A stretch of 64,000 bases of DNA. Origin: Octopus vulgaris (Eukaryota). This document shows positions 13,018-25,975 of this stretch, in pieces. Positions within the stretch are counted from its first letter, which is position 1. Each line of letters starts with the position of its first letter. The stretch lies in assembly GCA_951406725.2 (NCBI GenBank), contig OX597816.1, positions 65,782,001-65,846,000 of the forward strand, read 5' to 3'. A program made the position numbers and the translations under genes. The notes beneath the pieces were generated by a model that saw only the letters and a list, made by a program, of their open reading frames with translations, did no database searches and had not been told where the DNA came from.

Positions 13018-13385
13018 TCTCTATATATATAAACGGCAAAATGTGTGTCTGTGTGTGTGTCCTTTATACAAATCCACAATTTTTCAGTTAGAGGGCTCGC
13101 ACTTTCTATGGTCATTCAAAACTGTCTACGGGTGGTCGTGCACATCTTTACATTTCCCAAGTCACCCCGCAAAGCCATTAAAAAATCAATAGAAGTCAAT
13201 TTTTTGTGAATTTTCTCTCCAAAACCCAATCAAAATGCCCAAAACTTGATATGCCAATTGAATGCCAGCTAGCTGTATGTGATTGGTCAGAGATTTAGAC
13301 AATACTCGTGTGTATGTGCACACGCACGCAGCTGTATATGCATGCACTAGCACTATGACTTGGCATTGCCGGGTCATAGTGCTAG
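13018..13385 (+). mobile_element. Complete non-autonomous Helitron
   Basis: A|TC 5' end (TCTCTATATATATAAA), terminal hairpin, CTAG|T 3' end, no TSD. Confidence 0.8.
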
Positions 13386-13647
13386 TACAGTATAAACATC
13401 CAAGGGTATTGACTGAGACAGAAGTTGCAAGTAAAATGTAGTGAATTAAAAAATGTAGAAGAACATAAGACAAAATTAAGAGAAACATGAGGTAAATTAG
13501 TAAATTTCTGAAGAGGGGCTATAAAAAAATTATTATATAACCATTACATGCATTTTTAAAGACTTTAATGTATCATCAGACTAAAAGTATATTCTAACTC
13601 CATGTATGTGTATTTATGTACATTTTGTATAGATATATATAAATATA

Positions 13648-13862
13648 AGGTGGTGAGCTGGTAGAAACGTAAGCATGCCAGGCGAAATGGTTATTGGTAT
13701 TTCATCAGTCTTTACATTCTGAGTTCAAATTCCATTGAGGTCAACTTTGCCTTTCATCCTTTCAGAGTCAATAAATTAAAGTACCAGTTGTGCACTGGGG
13801 TCGATCTAATCGACTGGCCCCTCCCCCAAAATTTCGGGCTTTGTGCCTAGAGTAGAAAAGAA
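13648..13862 (+). mobile_element. SINE family B
   Basis: GGTGGTGAGCTGG...GAGTTCAAATTCC...TTTGCCTTTCATCCTTTC...AAAGTACCAG. Confidence 0.8.
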
Positions 13863-13919
13863 TATATATAAATATATATATATTCATATGTGTATATGCA
13901 TATATATATGCATGTGTGC

Positions 13920-14011
<92 letters not shown>

Positions 14012-14378
14012 ATGTATGTATATAGGGATAATTCACAAAAAAAACAAAAGACGAAGACAGGTGGTGTAGACAGCAAACAGATGTATTAGTATAACACTCG
14101 GGAAGTGGAAAAGTCTTTAAAGTTTCGAGCCTACCCTCTTCCACTGAAAGGAACACAGAACGAAAGAAGGAGAGAAAATAAAGAATGTGTAGTGGCTATA
14201 TAGATTATCATCATCATCGTTTAACGTCTGCTTTTCAGGCTAGCATGGGTTGGACGATTTTGACTGAGGGCTGGCAAACCAGATGGCTGCACCAGGCTCC
14301 AGTCTTGATATAGTTATAATTTTCTTACGAAACACGTATATAGCATAGAGATAACATATTTTCACAAATATGAAGCAT

Positions 14379-14628
14379 ATAAAATATTTTTATACACAGA
14401 GAGGAGACCTTTAACAGGACTCCTTACATGCTAGAAAGAGCAGTTAAAACCCAAACCTCAAAAAAGAATTTGGGAGGCATGCTGTTATAACACCATTTTA
14501 TGTTTGTTTGGTGTTATAACAGCATGCCCCATGAATTCTTTTTTTCTGTGGTTTGGGTTTTAACTGCTCTTTCTAGCATGTAAGGAGTCCTGTCAAGGGT
14601 CTCCTCTCTGTGTATAAAAATATTTTAT
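14379..14628. repeat. Long fold-back inverted repeat (~117-bp arms, 13-nt loop)
   Basis: 14379-14495 is the near-perfect reverse complement of 14509-14628. Confidence 0.92.
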
Positions 14629-15439
14629 TCATATTATATTTTATATATATATATATTTCTGCCCACAACCTTCGAAAAGAGAAAATGTGCTTATACTGTC
14701 TCCTTCATAAGCTCGTCTTCCTCACGTTCAGAATGTTTCTATTGTCTTGGCTTAACAACCCTTACTATTTGTTTTTTACTGTTTCGTTCTCACTGTCCTG
14801 TTCTTTTTACTGTCTTGTTCTCACTGTTCTGTTCTTGTTACCATTTTCACGCTCCGCAAAAAATTCCAAATTTTATTTAATTTGCTTTGCGGGAAGGACT
14901 GTTTCAACAAAGTCGTGTCTTGTCCTTGCCTTCATAACGCGGAGTAGATGAAACAGGGACAACTGAAGAAGGGGAATATTCTTTTTGTTGTATGCTTTGT
15001 TTCTCTGTTTGTTTTTTTCGTTGTCCGAAAAAATGTTCGTTTCTATGTTTTTGTTTTTATGTTTTCATTTCTCATTGTGTTTAACGTTTTTTGATGTTCT
15101 GTACCCATATATGCATGTATATATACATATATATGTAGGTATGTACATATATGTATGTATATATGCATATATTTATGTTATTTATATTATGTATATATGT
15201 ATATATATGTATGTATATATATATATATATATATGTATATGTATGTATATATATATATATATGTATATGTATGTATGTATGCATATATATATATATGTAT
15301 GTATGTATGTATGTATATATATATGTATGTATGTATATATATATGTATGAATGTATGTATGTATATATATATATATGTATATATATATGTATGTATATAT
15401 ATATATGTATGTATATATATATGTATATATGTATGTATA

Positions 15440-15762
15440 TCTGAGACCCCCTTCGATCATGACACAGACCATAGGATTGCACCTAGAAAGTTACCCTCCC
15501 AGGCACCAGTCTGGGCAAGGTTCTTTATGGAAGACCAACAGTCGCCCAAGCATACCAGCCTCCCCTCTCTATGCCACCGATGTTATCCAAAGGAAAGGCA
15601 AAGGCCAATACAGCTTGGCACCAGTGACATCGCAACTCATTTCTACAGCTGAGTGAACTGGAGCAACGTGATATAAAGTGTCTTGCTCAAGAACACAACA
15701 TGCAGCCTGGTCTGGGATTCGAACTCACAACCTCACGGTCGTAAGTTTGACCATGCGCCTTC
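15440..15762 (-). mobile_element. tRNA-derived CORE-like SINE
   Basis: Minus strand GAAGGCGCATGG...GAGTTCGAATCCC (B box)...GTGTTCTTGAGCAAGACACTT. Confidence 0.75.
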
Positions 15763-15848
15763 ATATAATATATATATTAATAATAATAATATAACAACAA
15801 ATGAATAAATGAGACCTCGATATTATGTAAATAGAGGAATTTATCGAT

Positions 15849-15969
15849 AATATAATATGTGACAATTAGTTGGTTGCCAAAATAAAACTCAGTTTTGGTG
15901 ACGAGATGCCCCGACATCCGAAACTCTGAGTTTTATTATGGCAACCGACTAATTGTCACATATAATATT
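15849..15969. repeat. Inverted repeat (~50-bp arms), possibly inverted Penelope-like termini
   Basis: ATGTGACAATTAGTTGGTTGCCA / TGGCAACCGACTAATTGTCACAT. Confidence 0.8.
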
Positions 15970-16462
15970 ATATATATATATATATTCATATAAGGGTGTG
16001 AAGTGGCAGAATCTTTAACACATTGAATAAGGGTCAATAAAATAAAGTACCAGTTATATGTCAGGGTTGATATAATCAACTTCCCCACTCCTATCATAAC
16101 TGGTGGCATCTCATTCAGGCCAATATGATCTTGGTCACTTATGTACGCCACGGACACTGAGTAACCAGCTTGGGATCAAGGGAAGAAAATGAGTGTCTGT
16201 GTGTATGTATGTTGTTTTATTAAAGCTAAAAGATCATCACAAACTGTTTTTCCGAGATTCACATGACCATTTATCAGACAGGTACAATCATAGAGACTAG
16301 TCTGTATTATCACAACTACCTGATAAACAGTCAAAGTAAAGGTTTGTGAAATTTTGGGGGAGGTTGATTATAGCAGTTTTTTGCTCTACCATTGGTATTT
16401 GAGTGACTTTTTCTCACCTTGTTTTGCACCTATGTGCTGACTTGTGTGTGTGTGTGTTCATA

Positions 16463-17356
16463 CAGGGTGCAATGGGTAAATTGTTGCCATTTTATATTTT
16501 TAATTTCGTGCATGCACATTGTTTTTTTTTGGGTTTTTTTTGTCGACTACACAGTAAAGTAGAGTCAGTTGGGCACCGTCTATGAGAAAAACAGCACCAT
16601 GACGCAATTCACTCTACCAGAAATTTGGAAATGACATGCTGTACTGCTTGGCATTCACGCCAGAAGTTCCAATATGTACATTTCAGAGTGTTTGGGTATC
16701 AATCTGAGGATAGTACAATCCTAGGACATGTACCGAGAATGATAAAAATCAAACATTCAATCAACATCATAGTGTTTGGAGTGATCACCAGTGGTGGCGA
16801 CGTTATGCCTCCATTCATCTTCCCACACAGCCTCTAACTCAACATGGAAGCCTATATCAAGTGCCTGGAGGAGGTAGTGCTGCCCTGGATCAAGAGGGTA
16901 GCTGCTGGAAGACCCTATATATGGCAACAGGACTCTGAACCATGCCATACAAACAGGAGAACCCAGTCGTGGCTATCAGACAATTTCTGCGACCACACCA
17001 CCCTTAACATCTGGCCACTTAACTCCCCAGACTGCAACCCCCTTGATTATTATGTGTGGGGTGCAGTTGAGTGAGAGACCAACAAAACACCTTGTAACAC
17101 CGAAGATGAACTGAAGGCAAGAATTATGGCAGCATTCACCAACTTAAACAAGGAGACCATCCAAAAGAGTTGCAGGAGATTCCAAAGTCGTCTGGAGGCT
17201 GTGGTTGAAGCCAATGGTGATTTTATTGAATAAATTTACTTCTTAGTATTTAAAGATATTTTTTATATAATTTTGGCAAATATATCTGTTAAAATGAGAT
17301 GTCAGTGTTATCTTCATTTTTGCGTAACTTAGACAACAGTTTATCACCATAACCTG
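16463..17356 (+). mobile_element. Tc1/mariner superfamily maT (DD37D) element, internally deleted
   Basis: QQD-x37-D (WPLNSPDCNPLDYYVW), C-terminus RLEAVVEANGDFIE*; degenerate TIRs CAGGGTG../..AACCTG flanked by TA on both sides. Confidence 0.88.
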
Positions 17357-17359
17357 TAC

Positions 17360-17528
17360 ATATGTATGTATAACTATATGTGCATGTGTGTGTGTGAGTG
17401 TGTATACCTATATATATATAAGTATACATATATATATATGTATATATATATATTTATAGATGTCTATATATATGTATACGTATACATATATGTGTATACA
17501 TTTATATACATATGTATATATATATATA

Positions 17529-17562
<34 letters not shown>

Positions 17563-17696
17563 TATATATATGTATATATATATATATATGCATATATATA
17601 TGTATACATATATGCATATATATATGTATACATATATGCATATATATAGATTTAGAAATATATGCACATGCATATATCATCATCATCATATATATA

Positions 17697-17740
<44 letters not shown>

Positions 17741-17767
17741 CACATATATTGTGTGTGTGTGTGTGTG

Positions 17768-17800
<33 letters not shown>

Positions 17801-18365
17801 ATAATGTTATATATATATATATATATGCATATATATATATATATATATATATGCATATATATATGTATACATATATGCATATATATATGTATACATATAT
17901 GCATATATATAGATTTAGAAATATATGCACATGCATATATCATCATCATCATCGTTTAGCATCCACTAGCATGGAAAGCAGACGCTAAACAATGATGATG
18001 ATATATACATGTGCATATATTTCTAAATATATGCATACAAGTATACATATATGCATATACATACATGTGCATATATTTGTAAATATATACATACATGCAT
18101 GTATATATATATATATATGTTGACATATATGCATTTATTTGCACATATGTCTCTGTGTGTGTGTGAGTATACATATATACATTTGCATAATGTATATATA
18201 TATATATGTGTGTATATGCAAATAAATGCATATATCTCTATATATGCACATTTTTAAATATATGCATATATTTGCATATACGCATACACACACATATATA
18301 TACATATATGCAAATGTATATATGTATACTCACACACACATATGTGCAAATAAATGCATATATGT

Positions 18366-18407
<42 letters not shown>

Positions 18408-18622
18408 GCATGTATGTATATATTTACAAATATATACATATGTATATACATGCATGTATGTATATATTTACAAATATATACATATGTATATAAATGTATA
18501 CACATATATGTATACGTATACATATATATATAGACATCTATAAATATATATATATATATATACATATGTATATAAATGTATACACATATATATAAACGTA
18601 TACATATATATAGAAATCTATA

Positions 18623-18659
<37 letters not shown>

Positions 18660-18851
18660 GTATACTTATATATATATATAGGTATACTTATATATATTAT
18701 ATATATATATAGGTAGACACACACACACACACACACACACACAGATGCACACTCATGTATACATGTTATGTGTAGATATATTTTTATATGTTTATAGATA
18801 TACATGTGCAGTGCATATATATATATGCATACACGTGTTTGTATATATATA

Positions 18852-18897
<46 letters not shown>

Positions 18898-19300
18898 AAG
18901 TCTACACATCTGTACATTAGTATGTATACTAAGATACAGATGTATATGTGCTTATATGTGCTGTATGCACATATATATATACATGCATATATATGTACGC
19001 TTCTGTGTATACGTGTATATATAAATATATATATATATGTGTGTGTGTTTATAAACGTATGCATATATGTATGCAATTTTGTATGTATATATAAATGTTT
19101 GTATACATGAATGTAGAAAAAGGCATCTGCATTTGAATATACATAGCTACAATATTTATATATATATATTTATGTATACAAATGCATGTATGTATATGCT
19201 TGTATTTTCTGCTTATATACATACAAGAATGTGTTTTTGATACACATATATCAATGTATGTACAAATATACACTCATACTAATATTTATATGTTAATGTA
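17360..19300. repeat. Complex (TA)/(TG)/(CA) microsatellite field
   Basis: Directly visible; contains a cryptic inverted duplication (see findings). Confidence 0.93.
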
Positions 19301-21400
19301 TATGTACATAATTTTGCGCGTGAGGCTCTACTGTAACAGTTTATATTGTAGTTTGGTCCAGTATTTTAATAGAAGCATTGAAGATAATTTTATGCATTTT
19401 CTCCTGTATCAATGAAAATTTTTTGTCTTGATTTGCATTCAGGTTTTTCTTAAAACTAAATACCTCGGATGCATTTTTTAAAATTATTTTCCTTGCGTAT
19501 CTCTGTAATGTCAACCAAATCTCCCTTCCTCTCCATAAAATCGCCTTTCTTTCTTAGTTTTTACCATACTCCCTTCCTCACCGAAGGCTTTTGTAGTCGC
19601 TATCCCTCGTGATTGGTAATTACATATTCAAACAACTATTCATGTGAAACTTGGCTTCTGGAATTCTTCAGTTTCGGTCGCCCTCTTCTCCATCTCTCCA
19701 GTCTGCAGGTAAATGCTACTTGCTTGATTAACAACTGATGCTACAGTTGCCATTATCTTGCGATCGTATTTTATTTGAGGAAGAATTGTTATACTATAGA
19801 GAATAAATAAAACCCTTTTGTTGACATTTCTCTTGTCTGTTTTTCTGTTATATTAGAATCTTTGTATGAAGCTGGTATGTATGTGATAAAGGGAGAGAGA
19901 GAAAGAGAGAATTAAACCGAAACGTGTATTTTTTAATTCGAAATTTATAGTCAGTTGCCGTTTTATTAGTACTACTATTTGGCATAGGTTGTTATTTTGT
20001 TAAATTTAATTTTATCGTCATTCGCCTATGTAGAACTTACATGTCTTCCTCTTCGTTTTAGAATTAAGCGTGTTCGACGTAGTTCACCTTAAATACTTTA
20101 GAAGATAATAAATGTAAATTAAGCCTATATTATATGACAAGTGGATAATAAAAGTAAAAGAAGAAAAGAACGGAGTGTGATGGCGAGTCATCAGTTTAAA
20201 AAGGAAAAAATATTACGAAGAAATTACTCAATTTTTTTTTATAAATATCAACAAGTCTTCGATAACATGAAAACAAATTTTTCAGTGAAGTATAATGTTA
20301 GCGTTATTATTAATTTTATTTAGTGAAAACGTTTAAAAACGAACGTTTTCTTTCCCCTTTTTTCAATCTATAATAAGACTCCATATCTTACTAGAGATAC
20401 CATCCACCATCTTGCTCTTAATTATCATTTCTTGTGTAATTTTGCTTTAGTCTTCCAGAAACATTTGTATTAATGCGCATATTTAGAATATAACTCCACT
20501 AGCTTCTTATTTATCGGTGAATGATTCCGAATTTTGCTGACAACCCTTGCAATATCCATTGATTTATTTTATTTTTCTTTATTTTAATTATTTCAATGAT
20601 TGCAGGCAACTCTCATTGACATATATGTTGTGTGCTCTTTCGGAAACGATTTCCTCTTCAACAAGTGGTTTATTAACATTATTATTCGCGGTAATATCAT
20701 TATTAGCACATTACTTAGTACAACTAATAATATTATTATTATCCTTCCGGGTTCAATGAAATTAAGCACCAGCCAAGTACTGTGGTTGATTTAATCGACT
20801 AATTCCTCCCCCTAACTGTCTGGTCTTGTGTCTAAGTAAGAAATTATTATTCTTATTATTCTCATGAATACAGCCCTTAATTGTATTTCAGATAACTGAA
20901 CTATTTATTTCCCGTGTCCTTGCAACTTCCTTTTGCAAGGCTTCGTGAATTGTTCTTGCTGTATCCGGCTCTCTCCATTTGTCTTGCTTCGTTTTTAGTA
21001 ACTCTTTAATAAGTCTGTCGTAAGTTCAAATCCGCTTGAATTCAAATTTAAAATCAGCTTTTTATGATCGACTTAGTTCGGATAGTATTTTTTTCCTTCT
21101 TATACTAGCATTTATTAAAAACAATTCGGTTTAACAAGGATCAATTCTTTATGACTAAATTTGTCAAACAAAAAACGTATACCGCGCAATAATCAAATGA
21201 TCAGTGACCACCTCTCACGAATTTTTAAATATCATTTTGGAGGCCGTATAAGAGGAAACAAATACACCTCTTTACAGAAACGTTATTGTGTTTAGCTCCA
21301 TTGACTGAACCGACTTATTTTCAGATACATCCTAGCCATGACCATCCAGTTTTTCCCTCCCTCATCTTGGACTACAATCTCTAATCTGTCGTTCCATATT
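19300..21400. promoter_or_regulatory. CpG-retaining unique region, candidate promoter/first-exon region
   Basis: Visibly more CpG than flanking unique DNA; ATTGG/CCAAT at about 19612; splice-site-like signals on both strands. Confidence 0.45.
19464..19871 (-). other. Candidate exon of an unidentified minus-strand transcript
   Basis: Upstream donor AT|GTAAGT at 20040, polypyrimidine tract plus CAG acceptor at 19872-19874, downstream donor GAG|GTATTT at 19463. Confidence 0.3.
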
Positions 21401-21724
21401 TATAACGGTAGGGTTTGATATAGGGGAGTTTTGGCTGCCGTAAGTGGAGTAACAGCAGTCAAATTTCCATGGTGAAACTGGGTTCATTGATTGGGTTGAT
21501 GTGCTTTTGGTGTGAACTGGATAAAAATGAGTTGCCTACTCATCTGGGAGAGGTGGCTGGTTTCCTTTAGATCACAATAATATAGCAGTGATCAAAACTT
21601 AGGCAGAGGTATTATAGATTTTTTTGAAAATGTTATTTAATACATATTACTTGATCAACTGACACCCTGACAACTCCAAATTTCTGACCTGCTTATTTTA
21701 GAAATCAGAATTATTATTGAAAGG

Positions 21725-21938
21725 GGTTGCCAGTGCCGCCTGACTGGCCCCGTGCCAGTGGCACGTAAAAGCACCCACTACACTCTCGGAGTGGTTGGCG
21801 TTAGGAAGGGCATCCAGCTGTAGAAACTCTGCCAGATCAAGATCGAAGCCTGGTGCAGCCATCTGGTTCGCCAGCCCTCAGTCATTCGTCCAATCCATGC
21901 TAGCATGGAAAGCGGACATTAAATGATGATGATGATGA
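21725..21938 (+). mobile_element. RTE 3'-end repeat (family C)
   Basis: GGCACGTAAAAGCACC..AGGAAGGGCATCC..(GAT)n. Confidence 0.85.
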
Positions 21939-22919
21939 GGGTGGGATTAGTGCGAAAAACTGTTGAGTGACCAGTGAGATATTATTTACTTTTGTCTCTT
22001 TATTATTGTTCTTATTTTTTATTCAAATCTTGCTGGTTTTAACAAAGTCTTTCATTCTTCTGGTGTTGATAACTGAATTGACCAGTGTTGATTACAGAAT
22101 TATCAGTGATATACTGCTGAATTTATATCAACTTATTCCACCTGCCTTCCACTGAAATTTGTGTACTTGTGTTTATAAGAAATTAATCTAATATTGTTTC
22201 ACGTGTCATACCAGATTGTTGGCATATATTTGCTGTATTGGCTACATTCCATAAAATATACATTTATATGTTTTCAGCATAGGGAAGAAAGCAATTTTTG
22301 CAAATACATGTAGTTTACATCAGTCTAAATATTTGTTTTCCTTATGAAATGACTTCCTTAAATTGTGAGTATTCCTTAACAAATATAAAATGAATACTTT
22401 GCACTTGTTTGATGGGTATCTTAGTTGGGTGTTATTTAGTAGTTCACAAATAAGCTTCAATCTTTGTCTGTTTTGAAACAATGATATTTCTCAACAAACT
22501 GCTTTCCAAAATGCCTCCATAAATTCAAAATCATCTCAGAATAATGCATGAAGAAAAAAATTCCTGGGTCTTAGGTTCTCACAATAAAACAGAAAATTTT
22601 TTTTTAAAGCTTCAAACCTGATAATTGTAATAGAGTGATATAGAAATGTTGCCAATTTTTTAACATTGAAGTCTTTTTCTTTCTCTATCAGTTTCTCTTT
22701 ACTTCCATCCTCTCTCTTCTGCTCTCCACATCTCTCTCTCTCTCTTTCATGCACACGCCACATGCAGTTTCACTCTTATCTCTTAGATAACAATGTCTAG
22801 AGAGTATATTCTGGAACGCTAGAAATTCTTTGGTTCACATTTGTTTTGCATTTAAATTTGTTTATATCTATAATATATTTGGGTATTGAACTGTTAATTT
22901 GTATATCATTATCTTTTAA

Positions 22920-24350
22920 TGTTTATCTTCTAAGATGGCATAGGCTGAATGATTCAACAGGATCCAATGAGTTGAAGGACTGTGTTGTATTCCAGTAACT
23001 GCTTTGACATGGTTCTAAAGCTGAATGACCTTCCTAATAAACTACTTTACAGAGTGAACTGTGTGTATTTTTCAAGGTATCAGTACTAGTGAGTTGCCAT
23101 ATGATTCTCAAGGCTGAAAAAGCCTTCTTGACTGAATGAGAGGGATTGGGCTTTGTGCTAGATGTTGAGTGGAGAGGTTAAAGTATGACAGAAGGGACAG
23201 AAATAGATTTCTTACTGTAGAGGAGATATGTGGCTACCCTGCCCTATATAAGGGTGCATGGAGCTAGAAAGAGAGCTGAAGATGGTGGTGATAAGATGTC
23301 AGAGCATAACCCTAACCCTTAGGGTAAAGGAAGATGAATGGAAGAGAGTGTGGGGACAAGATCAGGAAGGATGGATGGGTATAGGTTAAAAGAGTTGGGG
23401 GAAATTAGAGATGGGTTTATATAGTGGTGACCAAAGTAAATATGAAACAGTGTTAAGTTTGATGTATTGGTGTCAGCAGGAAGTAGTTCAAGGGAGAGAA
23501 GGAACTGGTAGCATAGGAAAGGTAATGAATTGAAAATATGAGTGGGGATGGCCTATGTTAAGATTGACAAATGGTTTGTCAAAAAGAAGAGTAAGAGTTA
23601 AAATATGTTGTTCTGCTCTCAGTTAATAACAACAGTCGAATAATTTAGTAGTTAGAAGAATGATAGGAAGACGAGATGAGGGGTTAGGGAAAGTTTGGTG
23701 GGTACTAATTTGTGTGAGGGGCCCAATTATGTGCTTATACATGATGCTTTTAAAACCTTAGTTTCACTGTGAAGGGCAGGTCTTCTCAAGCACCACATAC
23801 TGTCAATCAGCATCCTGAGGTTGACCTTCACTATGTTGTCCTACATCTTACTGAGTCTCCTTCTTCCATGGGTTCCATAATCATTAAGCAGTTGCCCTCA
23901 TCCAAACATGTTACATGCCTATACCAATGCAGTCTTCTCTCTTGCCTATTTCATCTGATTGCACTTATACCTAGTTTTTATCTCAAAACATTTCCACTCT
24001 GTCATTCATGTATACTTACATCACACATGCAGAGGAGCATGTTTGTTTCATTTCCTTTTAGTGTTTGCAAGTCCTCTGTATTCAGGGTCCATATCTCACC
24101 TCAGTCTACTTTCATTCTGAGAGAGAAACTGTTAGGTTATCAGCAGAGACCAATTGTAATAGGCATCTGAGCGTTCTCCAGCTGATTCTTCTTTACTTTC
24201 AGAGCATTCTTCTCCACTGTTAATTATATTACTTAAGAAGTACTTCAGAGGTAATAATAAAACCTATCTAGTATCTCTAGGGAACCTCCTGGACATTTTA
24301 GAAAATCTGTTTCCCATGTACTCTTAATATTTAATGCTCGTGTGCATATG
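22920..24350 (-). mobile_element. Old RTE LINE 3' portion (ORF end, long UTR, decayed tail)
   Basis: 23770-24350 is the reverse-complement homologue of about 9300-9890; purine-rich + strand (pyrimidine-rich UTR) 23250-23700; decayed family-C end near 22920-23100. Confidence 0.6.
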
Positions 24351-24409
24351 CAACATTTGAAATATTATGTGGTTGTGTGTATTCATCTCTCTCTCTCTCG
24401 CTCACACAC

Positions 24410-24780
24410 CCTCCCAGTTGAGGGAACCTGTTGAAGAGGTAGACCCAGGAAGACCTGGGATGAAGTAGTGAATATGACCTTCAAACGTTGGGCCTCACGG
24501 AGGCGATGACAAGTGACCAAGACCTTTGGAGATATGCTGTGCTTGAGAAGACCCAGCAAGCCAAATGAGACCATTACTGTGGCTTTTGCCAGTGCAGCAT
24601 AACTGGCCCATTTATGAGTATCCTTCAATCATTGGGTAATAAACTGCACTTGTGAAGACCTGCTGAGTCAAGTGAAGTGATTGTCATGGCCAATGACAGT
24701 ACCACCAGGTTGGCACCCCTGCTGGCTGCATGTAAAAAGCACCTTTTGAGCATGGTCAATGCCAGTGCCACCTAGTCAAT
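24410..24780 (+). mobile_element. RTE ORF end plus start of the 3' UTR
   Basis: LPVEGTC*RGRPRKTWDEVV...WRYAVLEKT followed by family-C type modules. Confidence 0.75.
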
Positions 24781-24784
24781 GCCA

Positions 24785-24922
24785 GTAGCTTGCTTACCAA
24801 CCACATGGTTCCAGGTTCAGTCCCACTGCATGGCACCTTGGGCAAGTGTCTTCTACTATAGCCTCAGGCTGACCAAAGCCTCGTGAGTGGATTTGGTAGA
24901 CGAAAACTGAAAGAAGCCCATC

Positions 24923-24956
<34 letters not shown>

Positions 24957-25160
24957 ATGTTTGTGTGTCTGTGTTTGTCTCCCCAACATCGCTTGACAAC
25001 TGATGCTGGTGTGTTTACGTCCCCGTAACTTAGCAGTTTGGCAAAAGAGACCGATAGAATAAGTACTAGGCTTACAAAGAATAAGTCCTGGGGTTGATTT
25101 GCTCAACTAAAGGCGGTGTTCCAGCATGGCCACAGTCACATGACTGAAACAAATAAAGAG
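24785..25160 (+). mobile_element. SINE family A (slightly 5' truncated)
   Basis: Homologous to 4550-4952. Confidence 0.85.
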
Positions 25161-25626
25161 TATGACTATCTGTATAAACATCAAAGACATGATGAGGAAC
25201 TAAATAGTGGCTGCCAATGACTAAGAGTGGGAAGTTATGTACACTTTAGAGACATTGCAAATGATAGTCACAGCCAGTTGGTTTAAGTACCCTATTTTTT
25301 TTTTAATATTTGGTTCATTGCCAGAAGGTTATTTCAGTTATGAATCTGGTCATGAAAGGTGCTACTTTTGGAGGTTATAGATGTTACAGATATTCCATTC
25401 AATGGTAACAAGTGAATTATGTCACATCCATATTCTGTTCACGTAGAGATATTAAATCTTATCAAGGACATAATATTGTACAAAGTGATGGCAAAATACA
25501 TGCTCCATGTACCCTGTTGTCATCAGAACATAGTTTGTCCTTCTTTTACCTGAAATCAGGGAAGTTAGTGAAACACACCAGCACTGGTTGTCAAGCAGTG
25601 ATGAGAAGACAAACAAAGACACAGAT

Positions 25627-25975
25627 CATCATCATCATCATCATCATCGTTTAACGTCCGCTTTCCATGCTAGCATGGGTTGAACGATTTTGACTGAGGG
25701 CTGACGAACCAGATGGCCACACCAGTCTCCAATCTTGATCTGGCAGAGTTTCTACAGCTGGATGCCCTTCCTAATGCCAACCACTCCGAGAGTGAGTGGG
25801 TGCTTTTTACGTGCCACCGGTACAGGGCCAGTCAGGCGATACTGGCAATGACCTTGCTCAAATCTTTTTACACATGCCACCGGCACAGGTACCAATAATG
25901 CAACGTTGGTAACAATCACGCACGAATGATGCTCTTTTACGTGCCACCGGCACGGAGCCACTTGGCTGCTCTGGC
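25627..25975 (-). mobile_element. RTE 3'-end repeat (family C)
   Basis: Same motifs. Confidence 0.85.

Noticed and set aside
14955-14990. Hammerhead-like ACAA-CTGAAGA-AGGGG...
   Set aside because: No GAAA after stem II and no cleavage triplet; incomplete
19702-19708. 7-nt micro-exon TCTGCAG on the plus strand
   Set aside because: Acceptor and donor look plausible but it is frame-disrupting, and the tract is also explained by the purine-rich minus-strand exon; no supporting neighbours
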